Shown here in pieces: positions 50,735 to 51,227 of a stretch of 51,227 bases of DNA; within the stretch, counting starts at the first letter, position 1; every line of letters begins with the position of its first letter. The notes below the pieces were generated by a model. The model was not told the DNA's origin. It saw only the letters and a list, made by a program, of their open reading frames with translations, and made no database searches. The stretch comes from Nitrospirota bacterium. Its GTDB lineage: Bacteria; Nitrospirota; Thermodesulfovibrionia; Thermodesulfovibrionales; Dissulfurispiraceae. Both the position numbers and the translations under genes were made by a program. The stretch covers positions 1-51,227 of the forward strand of contig JBFMCP010000024.1 of the NCBI GenBank assembly GCA_040754455.1. The letters are read 5' to 3'.

Positions 50735-50932
50735 TCATATCTCCCCGGATCTTACCCTGTCCCGGATATTTTTTGCCTTTTCCAGCATCGCGTAATGGAA
50801 AAATTCCATCTGCGCCTGCAATCATTGCAGTTTAAGCTCGACTGACTTTCATCTGTATTCTGCAATGTCTTCTTTGGTTTTATAGTACAGGAGCGGCTCC
50901 GTGCCGGTTTTTATCGTGCTTCCATCAGCCAT
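50735..50932 (-). pseudogene. Small ORF interrupted by two in-frame TGA codons (possible antitoxin remnant)
   Basis: MADGSTIKTGTEPLLYYKTKEDIAEYR*KSVELKLQ*LQAQMEFFHYAMLEKAKNIRDRVRSGEI*. The ATG overlaps the csm5 stop and the frame stays protein-like across both stops. Confidence 0.5.
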
Positions 50933-51100
50933 CTTTCCATTCCTCGCCCGCTACCTCAAGCACTGCCCAGCCGAAGGGGAGCAGTCCGTTGTTATTTTGA
51001 GGTTTCGGGCTCTCAGAGGCAAGCCAGAGGGTTGTTGAGAAGCCAAGATATTCATAACGCATCTTGCCTTCTTTGTCTCTGCCTTTCATTATTTTGATGG
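50925..51100 (-). pseudogene. csm5: C-terminal fragment of type III-A RAMP Csm5, interrupted by an IS
   Basis: IKIMKGRDKEGKMRYEYLGFSTTLWLASESPKPQNNNGLLPFGWAVLEVAGEEWKDG*. IKIM...TT.WLA...LPFGW is the recognisable Csm5 C-terminus. Similarity stops at the IS end. Confidence 0.7.
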
Positions 51101-51227
51101 GGTAGTGTAAAGTTTCTTGTGTAAATTGCTGAGGGGAGCAAAAAAGGGCACACCTCCAATAAAATAGTTACGCCAATAACACTTTTATTGAGGAGGAGCA
51201 CCCTTGGAAATCAGAATCAGTGTACCA
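51101..51227 (+). mobile_element. IS256-family insertion sequence, left end (cut by window edge)
   Basis: Terminus GGTAGTGTAAAGTTTCTTGTGTAAAT resembles IS256-family inverted repeats (GGTAGTGTAAA...TTGTGTAAAT), followed by a GAGGAGG RBS and a TTG start (51204) reading MEIRISVP. Confidence 0.72.

Noticed and set aside
50735..50932. Two in-frame TGA codons as selenocysteine or stop-codon recoding
   Set aside because: TGA terminates many genes in this window and there is no Cys-like context or evident SECIS; nonsense mutations are the simpler explanation.

Overview
Bacterial chromosomal segment, probably from an anaerobic Nitrospirota (Thermodesulfovibrionia-like) organism; this taxonomy is inferred from gene content and protein style only. 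Both ends are insertion-sequence fragments: the 3' end of an IS3-family element at 1-126 and the 5' end of an IS256-like element from 51101. The first ~45 kb is mostly housekeeping: DUF3108, a short uvrA, cysteine desulfurase-metX-metY, an apbE/NusG-II/Gx flavinylation cassette, tatBC, an FmdE-modE-MoeA-like cluster with a ModE box, a PyrR-attenuated pyrRBC-carA-carB operon, ilvBN plus a homocitrate/Re-citrate synthase-like gene, a CBS/CorC protein, rubredoxin, a ferritin-like protein, dapB, yacG, glyQS, asnS, a Csp3-like copper protein, a GNAT, a stand-alone rpsD, PBP1A and a single-chain oxoprolinase. The last ~6 kb is the tail of a type III-A CRISPR-Cas locus on the minus strand: an IS-interrupted csm5 C-terminus, a small pseudogene, vapBC, Card1, Csx3, a second vapBC, a four-gene cas2-cas1-cas1*-cas2 adaptation module and a two-repeat mini-array with a probable degenerate third repeat. 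The best candidate for an undescribed system is the adaptation module, which couples a canonical Cas1, a shortened catalytically divergent Cas1 paralog and two different Cas2 proteins, possibly forming a heteromeric integrase. All calls come from motif recognition by eye; no searches were run.
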